This document shows positions 30,249 to 38,791 of a stretch of 64,000 nucleotides of DNA, piece by piece. Position numbers and translations under genes: made by a program. How positions within the stretch are numbered: the stretch's first letter is position 1; each line of letters begins with the position of its first letter. The DNA is from Burkholderiales bacterium (GTDB lineage: Bacteria; Pseudomonadota; Gammaproteobacteria; Burkholderiales; Burkholderiaceae_C): NCBI GenBank assembly GCA_947452135.1, contig CANGBT010000002.1:3586-67585 (forward strand), given 5' to 3'. The notes beneath the pieces are model-generated. The model searched no databases. It saw only the letters and a program-made list of their open reading frames with translations, and was not told the origin of the DNA.

Positions 30249-31646
30249 TCAACTGCCGGCGATTTTCATCGAGCCAAGGAGGACCGACCCGATGGTCTTC
30301 CCACCCATGGTGTAAGCGTCGGAACCCACCGCGACGATGCCGCGCAGCATGTCCTTCACGTTGCCGGCGATGGTGATCTCGTGCACCGGGTGCACGATGC
30401 GGCCGCGCTCGACCCAAAAACCCGCCGCTCCTCGAGAGTAGTCGCCCGTCACGTGGTTGACGCCTTGGCCCATCAGTTCGGTGACGAACAGGCCGCGGTC
30501 GAGCTTGCGCAGCATGGCCACCAAATCGTCTTCTGGCTGTGTGAGGCGGCTGGTCAGCGACAGGTTGTGCGAGCCACCTGCGTTGCCTGTGGTGCGCATC
30601 CCCAGTTTGCGCGCCGAGTAGCTCGACAGGAAGTACCCCTGCGCCACGCCGCCCTCCACCACGCGACGCGCTCGGCTGACAACACCTTCGTCGTCGAAGG
30701 GCGAACTGCCCTTGCCGCGCCGCAGGTGCGGGTCTTCAGAGATGTCAAGGTGCGCAGCCATCACCGGCTGCCCCAGGCAATCGAGCAGAAAACTCGACTT
30801 GCGATACAGCGCCCCGCCGCTGGTCGCCTGCACGTAGGCACCCAACAGCCCGGCCGCCACCGTCGATTCGAACAGCACGGGGGCCTGGCAGGTCTTGATC
30901 TTGCACGCCTTCAGTCGCGACAGAGCTCGCTCTGCCGCGTAGCGCCCCACCGCTTCAGGCGCGGCCAGGTCGGTGGCGGCTCGCATCGAGCAGTACCAGG
31001 CGTCGCGCTGCATGTCGTCGCCGTTACGCCCCGGCAACGAGGCGATCGGCGCCACCGACATCGAATGCCGCGAGCTGGCGTAGCCACCACGAAAGCCGCG
31101 GCTGTTGCCCGCAAAAAAATGCGACTGCTGGGCCGACACGCCCGCGCCTTCGGAGTTGGTGATGCGCGGGTCGACCGACAACGCCGCCTGCTCGCAGCGC
31201 ATGGCGATCTCGGCAGCACCCGCAGCATCGATGGCCCACGGGTGGAACAGGTCCAGATCCATCAGCGCCGCATCACCCAGCGCCAGATCCTGTTCATCGG
31301 CCAAGCCGGCCGCAGGATCTTCGGCGGTGAACCGGGCGATGTCATGCGCGGCACGCACCGTCTGCTCAAGCGCCGCCGGAGAAAAATCGGAGGTGCTTGC
31401 ATTGCCGCGCCGCTGGCCCACGTAGACCGACACGCCGATCGACTTGTCGCGGTTGCGCTCCACGTTTTCAAGGTCGCCCTTGCGGACCGACACCGACAGC
31501 CCGACGCCTTCGGACACCTCGGCGCTGGCATCGCTGGCACCGAGACGCTTTGCCACGCGCAGCGCGTCTTCCACCAACTGCTGGAAACTGGCCCGGGTGT
31601 AAGCAAAACCGGTGTTCGAAGATGACGACGAAGGCGTGCGTGGCAT
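30249..31646 (-). CDS. pmbA: metalloprotease PmbA/TldE
   Basis: 465 aa (colinear PmbA/TldD-family sequence ending GSVLLGSMKIAG). Confidence 0.85.
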   Translation of the reverse strand: MPRTPSSSSSNTGFAYTRASFQQLVEDALRVAKRLGASDASAEVSEGVGLSVSVRKGDLENVERNRDKSIGVSVYVGQRRGNASTSDFSPAALEQTVRAAHDIARFTAEDPAAGLADEQDLALGDAALMDLDLFHPWAIDAAGAAEIAMRCEQAALSVDPRITNSEGAGVSAQQSHFFAGNSRGFRGGYASSRHSMSVAPIASLPGRNGDDMQRDAWYCSMRAATDLAAPEAVGRYAAERALSRLKACKIKTCQAPVLFESTVAAGLLGAYVQATSGGALYRKSSFLLDCLGQPVMAAHLDISEDPHLRRGKGSSPFDDEGVVSRARRVVEGGVAQGYFLSSYSARKLGMRTTGNAGGSHNLSLTSRLTQPEDDLVAMLRKLDRGLFVTELMGQGVNHVTGDYSRGAAGFWVERGRIVHPVHEITIAGNVKDMLRGIVAVGSDAYTMGGKTIGSVLLGSMKIAGS

Positions 31647-31826
31647 GGGTGATCGGAGGTGGTGAAGCGCAGCTGAGGCTGCCGATGAGGAGGGACGGAC
31701 AATCGCCGTGAGATGCGCGGTACGGGACCCGGCGCTGGCGTCAGCGCAACGCTGAAAGCCTCGTGACTATGATACCCATCGCCTTGTCTGCCGCAGCCGC
31801 GGCCCGCGCCTGAGGCCCCATCCCCG

Positions 31827-32408
31827 ATGCCACCGACCGATAACGAAGATCTGCCCTCAGCCACCCCCATTCCGGCGTGGTTGACCCGACCGAGCAAGAC
31901 CCGTCGCAAGAAGGATTCGCACGACCTGCAAGATCTGGGCGAAGCGCTGGTCGCCATGCCCGACGGTCGGCTCGTCGACCTGCCGATGGACGAGAGTCTG
32001 CTCGATGCGATCCGCCAGTACCGCGTCACGCGCACCCACGAAGGCAAACGCCGCCAGATGCAGTACATCGGCAAGCTGATGCGCCGCAACGACCCCGAGC
32101 CGCTGCGCGAGGCGGTGGCCTCGATGCAGCTCGGTCACGCCAAGGATGCGCTGGCGCTGCACGACGCCGAACGCTGGCGCGCCGAGTTGGTGGCCAGCGA
32201 CGATGCGCTCACCACCTGGATGGCAGAACACCCGCAAGCCGATGTGCAGCAGCTGCGCAGCCTGATCCGCGCCGCCCGCAAGGACGCCTCGGTGGCGCCC
32301 GAGCAGCGCAGCGGACGCGCCTTTCGCGATCTGTTCAAGTTCATCCGACAGCAAGCCACCGGAGCTGAACCGGCGGATGCCGACAACATCGACGACGAAT
32401 CGGAATGA
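31827..32408 (+). CDS. yjgA: ribosome-associated DUF615 protein YjgA (DarP)
   Basis: 193 aa (SKTRRKKDSHDLQDLGEALV...RQMQYIGKLMR). Divergent from pmbA, as in enterobacteria. Confidence 0.8.
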   Translation: MPPTDNEDLPSATPIPAWLTRPSKTRRKKDSHDLQDLGEALVAMPDGRLVDLPMDESLLDAIRQYRVTRTHEGKRRQMQYIGKLMRRNDPEPLREAVASMQLGHAKDALALHDAERWRAELVASDDALTTWMAEHPQADVQQLRSLIRAARKDASVAPEQRSGRAFRDLFKFIRQQATGAEPADADNIDDESE

Positions 32409-33007
32409 ACCCCGCTGACATGACGCTTGACACCGTGCGCATCGGCGTCGTCTCGGTCAGCGACCGTGCCTCATCGGGTGTCTATGAAGACAAGGGCGTG
32501 CCGGCGCTGCAGGACTGGCTGGGCCGCGCGCTGCTCAACCCGGTGATCTGGGAAACCCGGCTGATCCCCGACGAGCAGGCCGCCATCAGCGCCGCCCTGT
32601 GCGAGCTGGTGGATCAAGCGCGCTGCGATCTGGTGCTCACCAGCGGCGGCACCGGCCCGGCGCCGCGCGATGTGACACCCGAGGCCACGCTGGCCGTGGC
32701 GCACAAGGTGATGCCTGGCTTTGGCGAGCAAATGCGCAGCATCAGCCTGAATTTCGTGCCCACGGCGATCCTGTCGCGGCAAGTGGCGGTGATCCGAGAA
32801 AAGGCGTTGATCATCAACCTGCCGGGTCAACCTAAATCGATCGCCGAAACGCTGCAAGGCCTGCCCCAGGCCACACCACCCGTGCCGGGCATCTTTGCGG
32901 CCGTGCCCTACTGCATCGACTTGATCGGCGGGCCCTACATCGAGACCGACGCCGCACTGTGCACGGCCTTCAGACCCAAATCAGCCCTGAGGCCGAAGCG
33001 GCTGTGA
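32405..33007 (+). CDS. mog: molybdopterin adenylyltransferase Mog
   Basis: 200 aa (IGVVSVSDRAS...LVLTSGGTGPAPRDVTPEAT...NLPGQPKS). ATGA overlap with yjgA. Confidence 0.9.
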   Translation: MNPADMTLDTVRIGVVSVSDRASSGVYEDKGVPALQDWLGRALLNPVIWETRLIPDEQAAISAALCELVDQARCDLVLTSGGTGPAPRDVTPEATLAVAHKVMPGFGEQMRSISLNFVPTAILSRQVAVIREKALIINLPGQPKSIAETLQGLPQATPPVPGIFAAVPYCIDLIGGPYIETDAALCTAFRPKSALRPKRL

Positions 33008-33013
33008 GCCCGT

Positions 33014-33799
33014 CTATTTGACGAGCCGGTTGAGCGCGGCCGCGTCGAAGCTGTCGGCAGTCTGCGCGTCGGCCGGCACGCAAGCGGCAGAGGGCGAAGC
33101 ATCGTTCGGGCGCGCTGCGGACAGCTTCTCTATCGCCTGCCACAGCATCGTGATCTGATGCTCTTGCGCGGCTGCATGGTCAATCAGCGACTTCATCGCC
33201 TGCGCCACCGGGTCGTCGCCCTGGGTGATGCCGTAGGCCGAAAACCCCAACTTGGCTGCCGTTTCCTCGCGCTGAGCGTCGGCCCGTGCATCGATCACTC
33301 GAGCCGGGTTGCCCACCGCCGTGGCGCCGGCAGGCACCGCCTTGAGCACCACCGCGTTCGAGCCGATGCGCGCGTTGTCGCCCACCGAAAAACCGCCCAG
33401 CACCTGCGAATTGGCCCCGACGATCACACCGCAGCCCAGCGTCGGGTGCCGCTTGGCGCCCTTCCACAACGAGGTACCGCCCAGCGTCACGCCCTGATAG
33501 ATCGTGCAGTCGTCACCCACCTCGGCCGTCTCGCCGATCACCACGCCCATGCCGTGGTCGATGAACACGCGCCGACCGATCTTTGCGCCAGGGTGAATCT
33601 CGATCCCCGAGAAAAACCGTCCCAGATGGGAAATGAAGCGCCCCAGCCAGCGCAACCCACGCGTCCAGCAACCGTGCGCCAGCCGGTGAAACATGAGCAC
33701 GTGCAGGCCGGGATAGCACGTCAGCACCTCCCAAGCGGTACGCGCAGCAGGATCGCGCTCCAGAATGCAGTCGATGTCTTCGCTCAGACGCTTGAACAT
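33014..33799 (-). CDS. cysE: serine O-acetyltransferase
   Basis: 261 aa (hexapeptide repeats [44 protein letters not shown]). Confidence 0.9.
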   Translation of the reverse strand: MFKRLSEDIDCILERDPAARTAWEVLTCYPGLHVLMFHRLAHGCWTRGLRWLGRFISHLGRFFSGIEIHPGAKIGRRVFIDHGMGVVIGETAEVGDDCTIYQGVTLGGTSLWKGAKRHPTLGCGVIVGANSQVLGGFSVGDNARIGSNAVVLKAVPAGATAVGNPARVIDARADAQREETAAKLGFSAYGITQGDDPVAQAMKSLIDHAAAQEHQITMLWQAIEKLSAARPNDASPSAACVPADAQTADSFDAAALNRLVK

Positions 33800-33916
33800 G
33801 GTGGTTAAAGAGTATTGCGGCCTTCAGTCTAGTCGCAGAGATGGACGTCAGCCGGGTGACGACGCACCGGATGTCCAAGTCGCCGCGCTCTCAGCCCGTG
33901 AATCACGGACGGACGT

Positions 33917-33943
33917 AAAAAAGGCTCCCGAAGGAGCCTTTTT
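33917..33943. terminator. bidirectional intrinsic terminator
   Basis: AAAAAA-GGCTCC-cgaa-GGAGCC-TTTTT, 24 nt after the stop of the PEP-CTERM gene. Confidence 0.75.
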
Positions 33944-33966
33944 GCCGAACCGGAAAAAACGCGGTC

Positions 33967-34617
33967 TCAGGCGGCCCTGCGACGGCGAGCCATGAAGCCA
34001 ACCACACCCAGACCGGCTAGCATCAGAGCGTAGGTTTCGGGTTCAGGAACGGGCGTAACCGAGAAATTCGAAGCCTCGAATGCGTTCGAGGTCGACCCGA
34101 ATGACAGAGACACAATCCCATCCAAAGGGTCATCTGTGGTGAAGGTCACATATCGTGCGCTTTCACCCTCCCCGTTAAACGTCATTCCTGCCAAACCGAG
34201 GGTCAAAGAATTGAACTCGTAGACACCACCACCAACCGTCCCAATCCAAAGGTCGTTGTAGGCGTCAGGACTACCCCATAGGAAGGAAACCGACCCCACT
34301 CCCAAAGTCGCCGATGCATCAAGCGTCAACGTAGCCGAGCTGCTTACGATGTCATTCGGCCCCACCGCCAGCCAATCACCGCTCGTGGTCCTAACAGCGG
34401 GGCTGGTCGTACCAGGACGGGACGCGACAGGAAACAGGTAGGGGGGGTTGTAGACGATCGATTGCGAATCAGCGTAGAGATTCCCGCCAGCCACGTTTGC
34501 ACCGAGCGTGAGAAACGTGCTGGGGTTTTGATCGACCGCGACCGAGGCTGTGACCACGGCTTGCGCGCCAAGAGCGCAACAGGCCAGACTGGCTGCTGCA
34601 AGTACTTTTTTAATCAT
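33967..34617 (-). CDS. PEP-CTERM sorting-domain protein (predicted exosortase substrate)
   Basis: 216 aa. Signal peptide MIKKVLAAASLACCALGAQA. C-terminus is VPEPETYALMLAGLGVVGFMARRRRAA (PEP motif, TM helix, Arg cluster). GGAG lies 7 nt before the ATG. GC is clearly lower than the flanks. Confidence 0.9.
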   Translation of the reverse strand: MIKKVLAAASLACCALGAQAVVTASVAVDQNPSTFLTLGANVAGGNLYADSQSIVYNPPYLFPVASRPGTTSPAVRTTSGDWLAVGPNDIVSSSATLTLDASATLGVGSVSFLWGSPDAYNDLWIGTVGGGVYEFNSLTLGLAGMTFNGEGESARYVTFTTDDPLDGIVSLSFGSTSNAFEASNFSVTPVPEPETYALMLAGLGVVGFMARRRRAA

Positions 34618-34702
34618 GATGGACTCCAGGTTACTGAAAACGGAGCGCCACCCTTGGCGTCCCCACGTGGAGAACGGTAACAGTTGGTTTCAGATCCGGA
34701 CA

Positions 34703-34722
34703 CCCCCTATTCAGGGGGTTTT
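34703..34722 (+). terminator. plus-oriented terminator-like hairpin between two minus-strand genes
   Basis: CCCCCT-attc-AGGGGG followed by TTTT on the + strand only. No + strand gene lies upstream. Confidence 0.4.
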
Positions 34723-34744
34723 GCAGCGACAAATTTGTAACAAA

Positions 34745-35500
34745 CTAATTTATGCGCTTGGGTGGCGTGGCGGCGCGGGCGATTCCGCGCAATATCTGGA
34801 CCTCTTCGACGCTCAGTGACAGGCGATTCAGGGCCGAATTCAGCCTCGGCATCAGTTTCTTGGGCGAATTCGGATCCAGAAAGCCAATCTCGACCAGCAC
34901 CCGCTGCCAATGATCCAGCGCGCCCTGCACCGCCACCGCATCCGCCAGGTTGGCGTCAAGCGTGCGCGGCAGCACGCTGAAGCCGCCGATCGCCTGGCGC
35001 CAGTCGTAGGCGATCAGCTGAACCGCCTGCGCCAGGTTCAGGGAGCCGTAGCCTGGAGCGGTCGGGATGCTCAGGCAGGCGTGGCACTTGTAGACGTCGT
35101 CGTTGGTCATGCCGTAGCGCTCGCAGCCGAACACGAAGGCCACCCGGTGCGCGCTGGGCGCGAGGCTCGAAAACAACTCGCGCGGTGCGTGGGTGGGCGG
35201 TCCGAAGTCGCGTGGCGTCATCGCCGTGGCGCAGGCGTAGGTGACGCCATCAAGCGCTTCGGTAAGCGTGTCAACCACGCGTGCGCCGCCCAGCACGTCG
35301 AGCGCGCCGCTGGCCAGCGAAATCGCCTCGGCCTTGCCCTTGACGTTGGGGTAGCGCGGCGCCACCAGCACCAGGTCCGAGAAGCCCATCACCTTCATCG
35401 CCCGCGCAGTCGAACCCACGTTGCCTGGGTGGCTGGTGTTGATCAGCACGAAGCGGGTCGAATCAGGCGTGGCAGCGGTCATGTCGTCGGGCTTGGGCAT
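34745..35500 (-). CDS. trmJ: tRNA (cytidine/uridine-2'-O)-methyltransferase TrmJ (SpoU class)
   Basis: 251 aa (FVLINTSHPGNVGSTARAMKVMGF...FVFGCERYGM...SLNLAQAV). Confidence 0.85.
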   Translation of the reverse strand: MPKPDDMTAATPDSTRFVLINTSHPGNVGSTARAMKVMGFSDLVLVAPRYPNVKGKAEAISLASGALDVLGGARVVDTLTEALDGVTYACATAMTPRDFGPPTHAPRELFSSLAPSAHRVAFVFGCERYGMTNDDVYKCHACLSIPTAPGYGSLNLAQAVQLIAYDWRQAIGGFSVLPRTLDANLADAVAVQGALDHWQRVLVEIGFLDPNSPKKLMPRLNSALNRLSLSVEEVQILRGIARAATPPKRIN

Positions 35501-35613
35501 CGGGGCACTCTAAACTCGGCATTATCCGAAGGCGGTTGCATCCAACGCGTCTCGCGCCCTGAACGGGCGGCTCTTTACTCCTGTCAGTCCTCACACACCC
35601 ACAAGGTTGCACC

Positions 35614-36639
35614 ATGTCGCAAGCGCTACATCCCATGCTCAACATCGCCATCAAGGCGGCTCGCGCGGCAGGGTCCATCATCAACCGGGCATCCCTTGAT
35701 CTGGACTTGCTGACCGTCAGCAGCAAGGCGCCCAACGACTTCGTGACCGAGGTTGATCAAGCCGCCGAGCGCGCCATCATCGAGGTGCTGCTCAGCGCCT
35801 ATCCGGGCCACGGCATCCTGGCCGAGGAATCGGGCAGCGAACATGGGGCCAAGGACAGCGACTACCTGTGGATCATCGATCCGCTGGACGGCACCACCAA
35901 CTTCATCCACGGATTTCCGGTCTACGCGGTGTCGATCGCGCTGGCGTTTCGCGGCCAGGTGCAGCAAGCGGTGGTCTACGACCCTACGCGCAACGACCTG
36001 TTCTACGCGTCCAAGGGGCGTGGCGCGTTTCTCAATGACAAGCGATTGCGCGTGTCCAAACGCATCCGCATGAGCGAAGCGCTCATCGGCACGGGCTTTC
36101 CGTTCCGCAAGGGCGACAACTTCCGGCGCTACGTGCAGATGTTCGAAGCCGTGATGCAAAACTGTGCCGGTCTGCGCCGCCCGGGCGCCGCCGCGCTTGA
36201 TCTTTGCTATGTCGCTGCGGGCTACTACGACGGCTTCTTCGAGACCGGTCTCAGCCCCTGGGACATCGCCGCAGGCTCGCTGATGATCACCGAGGCCGGC
36301 GGGCTGATCGGCAACTTCACCGGCGAGGCCGACTTCATGTACCAGCGCGAAGTCGTCGCCGGCAACCCGAAGATCTACGGCCAACTGGTGCAAACGCTCG
36401 CGCCCTACACCCGTGTGATCAAGGCTGATGCGGCGAGCGCCAACAGCGCCCGCGCCGTCGCGGCACCAGCCGACAGCGCTGCGACCGGCACCGAGCTGAG
36501 CCCCGAGTCGGCACTGTCTGCCGCCCTGGGCGTGGGCGATGTACCGGCCGAGACCCCGCAGGAGGCCATTCCCGAGAAGAAGAAAGCCGTGCGCATCCGC
36601 AAGGCTGACATGCCGCCGAAGGACGACGCTCCGTTCTGA
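35614..36639 (+). CDS. suhB: inositol monophosphatase family protein SuhB with about 75-aa low-complexity C-terminal tail
   Basis: 341 aa ([34 protein letters not shown], the [12 protein letters not shown] signature). The tail is [22 protein letters not shown]...[21 protein letters not shown]. Confidence 0.85.
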   Translation: MSQALHPMLNIAIKAARAAGSIINRASLDLDLLTVSSKAPNDFVTEVDQAAERAIIEVLLSAYPGHGILAEESGSEHGAKDSDYLWIIDPLDGTTNFIHGFPVYAVSIALAFRGQVQQAVVYDPTRNDLFYASKGRGAFLNDKRLRVSKRIRMSEALIGTGFPFRKGDNFRRYVQMFEAVMQNCAGLRRPGAAALDLCYVAAGYYDGFFETGLSPWDIAAGSLMITEAGGLIGNFTGEADFMYQREVVAGNPKIYGQLVQTLAPYTRVIKADAASANSARAVAAPADSAATGTELSPESALSAALGVGDVPAETPQEAIPEKKKAVRIRKADMPPKDDAPF

Positions 36640-36744
36640 GCTCCTGGTCTGCTCTTGCGAGAGGCATTGACCACGCTCAACGAGCGCGCTGGCTGACCGT
36701 TCGACATTGCCCGCGCAGCATCGGGCTGCGAGCGGGAGGCTCGG

Positions 36745-38778
36745 GTGCTCGAGGATTGGGTGTTGGCAGCGAGGCACGGCCTCGAGAGCGCGCGTGGCCT
36801 GAGTGTGGCCACGGGTGCGTCCGGCGCACCGGATGGGTCCGGCGGCGTGCTGCGCGGCGTGATCCAGCCTTGGGGCATCCGCGTTTGCGCGCACCGTGCA
36901 CACGGCGACGAACGTCCACGGTGGCGCGCCGTGTCGGGCAGCCTGTTCACTGCCTACGAATCGGGTGACTCTGGCGCGTCACGCGTGCATCACGGCCTTG
37001 TCGAGCGGCTGCTGCACGTCGAGCACATCGTCGAGACCGACGGGCAACAGCCCACCCCAGCGCCCGGCGGTTGCACCGCAGTTCGCTTCGACGCGGTGGC
37101 CTGGCTGTCGTCCGGTGCGGGTTCATCGTGGGTGAGCGAAGGCGCCTTGCCTGCCGAAGGACGTGCAGCCATCGCCTGCAACGGCATGTCCGGGCTGCTG
37201 GTGATCGACCGACCGGGCCGGATCGACGGCGACTGGGTCGCTGCCGTGCAGCGCCAACCCGTGCTTGGTCATGTCGCCGCACTGATCGACGTGGGCGGCA
37301 CCGGCTTGTGGCTGCGCGCCACCCATTTGCGGGCCACTCACCTGAGCGGCCCCGACGGGCTGGGGCATCTGGTGCTGGAACTGGCCGGCAGCCCGGTGCT
37401 GCCAGCGGCTGGGCGCTGGATCGTCACGCGCCGGGCCGCCCACCAGCGCGCCGCGCATGCGCTGCCGCCCGGCCAGCCGATGCCGGTGATACAGCCGCGC
37501 GGCGATACCGCCTGGCATGTGGCCGATGCGGCCGATCTGTTCCACGTGCTGCGGCCGACGACATCCGGGCCGCCGCGCACCGAATACGGCTTGCTGCACG
37601 ACACCACAACGCAGCGGCTGCACTTTGCACAGCCCCGCATCGAGCGCATCGCCGTCACCAGCAGCGGTGAATGCGGCCGGCTGCGGCTGCCGCCGGGGCA
37701 GCGCGTGCAGTTCGCCGACTGGTGCGCGCTGTTGAACTCGGACACCGAATTTCCGCCACCCGAAGCCACCCTCAGTTGGATGCTGACCGATGCCGAGATG
37801 CCCACGTTCGGCATTGATGGCTGGCATTTCCATGTGCGCCGGCTCTGGCCCGACGCCCGCAGCGCCACCCTGGTCGACACCGGTGCGGTGCAGTTGCAAC
37901 TGCACCGAGGCGACGCCGTGCAGTCCGACGCCGCAGGGCTGGACATCGCCTTCAACGACACGCGATGGTCAGTCTCGCAGGGGCCGCTTGCCATCGATGT
38001 GCAGGCCCACGGCGAGCGGCTTTTGACCTTCGCCTTCGACGCCGAACGCGCCGATTCGGACACCGCAGCGCAACTGGTGCATCCGCGCCTGATCCCGGGC
38101 CTGGCGCTCGAGCCGCTCGGCACCTGGCTGCCGGGGCTGTGGAACCTGAGCTCGGGCGCATCTGGAGGGTCGGGGGTCCCCGCCAGCGTGCCGTTGCAGT
38201 TCGATGGCCGGCAACTGAACATCGGCTGCGCCGTGGCCATCGGCGACGTGGCCTGGGGATTCGGCCGCCTGCACAACGCCACGCTGAAGCTGGGCGGCAC
38301 GCTCACCGCCTGCCCTGGCGGTGTCGATTTCGGTCTGAGCCTGGGCAGCGAGGCCGCGCCGGCCACGCTGACCGCCGGGCCGCACACCGGCCTGGCCATG
38401 GTCGACATCGGCGTGCGCAGCGACGGGCCGCACATCGATGTGCGCGTGGCGCTGGAGCTGCCGATGGCGCTGGCCACCGATGGGCCCCACAGCGGCGGCG
38501 CGGTGCTGGCGGTCCAGCTGCGAACGCAACGGGACCGCCCGGTTCGCATCGGCGGCGTGGCGAGCGGCCAGGCCATGGTCGACGTGCTCGATGGGCTGAC
38601 GTGCCTCAGTCTGGCGGTCGAGTCGCCCTGCCGCGTGCTGCCGGGTCGCCCCACACCCGCCCACGTTCGCCTCGAAGCCGATCTGATCGCCGGCGTGCAC
38701 CTGCCGCTGTGCAGCCTGCTCGACACGGATGGGCACATCGGCTGGCCGCTGGGGATCACCATCGAGCGCGGCGCCTGA
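36745..38778 (+). CDS. hypothetical protein, 677 aa, no recognisable domain
   Basis: Long open frame with G/C-rich third positions. GTG start is preceded by GGGAGG (36734-36739, 5-nt spacer). Amino-acid composition looks balanced (W/F/H/D/E present), unlike the Arg/Ser/Pro-rich antisense frames. I see no signal peptide or TM segment. Confidence 0.6.
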   Translation: MLEDWVLAARHGLESARGLSVATGASGAPDGSGGVLRGVIQPWGIRVCAHRAHGDERPRWRAVSGSLFTAYESGDSGASRVHHGLVERLLHVEHIVETDGQQPTPAPGGCTAVRFDAVAWLSSGAGSSWVSEGALPAEGRAAIACNGMSGLLVIDRPGRIDGDWVAAVQRQPVLGHVAALIDVGGTGLWLRATHLRATHLSGPDGLGHLVLELAGSPVLPAAGRWIVTRRAAHQRAAHALPPGQPMPVIQPRGDTAWHVADAADLFHVLRPTTSGPPRTEYGLLHDTTTQRLHFAQPRIERIAVTSSGECGRLRLPPGQRVQFADWCALLNSDTEFPPPEATLSWMLTDAEMPTFGIDGWHFHVRRLWPDARSATLVDTGAVQLQLHRGDAVQSDAAGLDIAFNDTRWSVSQGPLAIDVQAHGERLLTFAFDAERADSDTAAQLVHPRLIPGLALEPLGTWLPGLWNLSSGASGGSGVPASVPLQFDGRQLNIGCAVAIGDVAWGFGRLHNATLKLGGTLTACPGGVDFGLSLGSEAAPATLTAGPHTGLAMVDIGVRSDGPHIDVRVALELPMALATDGPHSGGAVLAVQLRTQRDRPVRIGGVASGQAMVDVLDGLTCLSLAVESPCRVLPGRPTPAHVRLEADLIAGVHLPLCSLLDTDGHIGWPLGITIERGA

Positions 38779-38791
38779 GCCGGTGACGGCG

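Noticed and set aside
34635-34650. Sigma-54-like element TGGCGC-N5-TTTCA upstream of the PEP-CTERM protein gene (minus strand).
   Set aside because: The invariant GC of the -12 box is missing. The element also ends only about 17 nt before the start codon, which leaves no room for a transcript containing the GGAG ribosome-binding site.
34729-34738. AT-rich 10-bp palindrome ACAAATTTGT next to the trmJ stop.
   Set aside because: It is short, single-copy, and does not extend. There is not enough evidence to call it a binding site.
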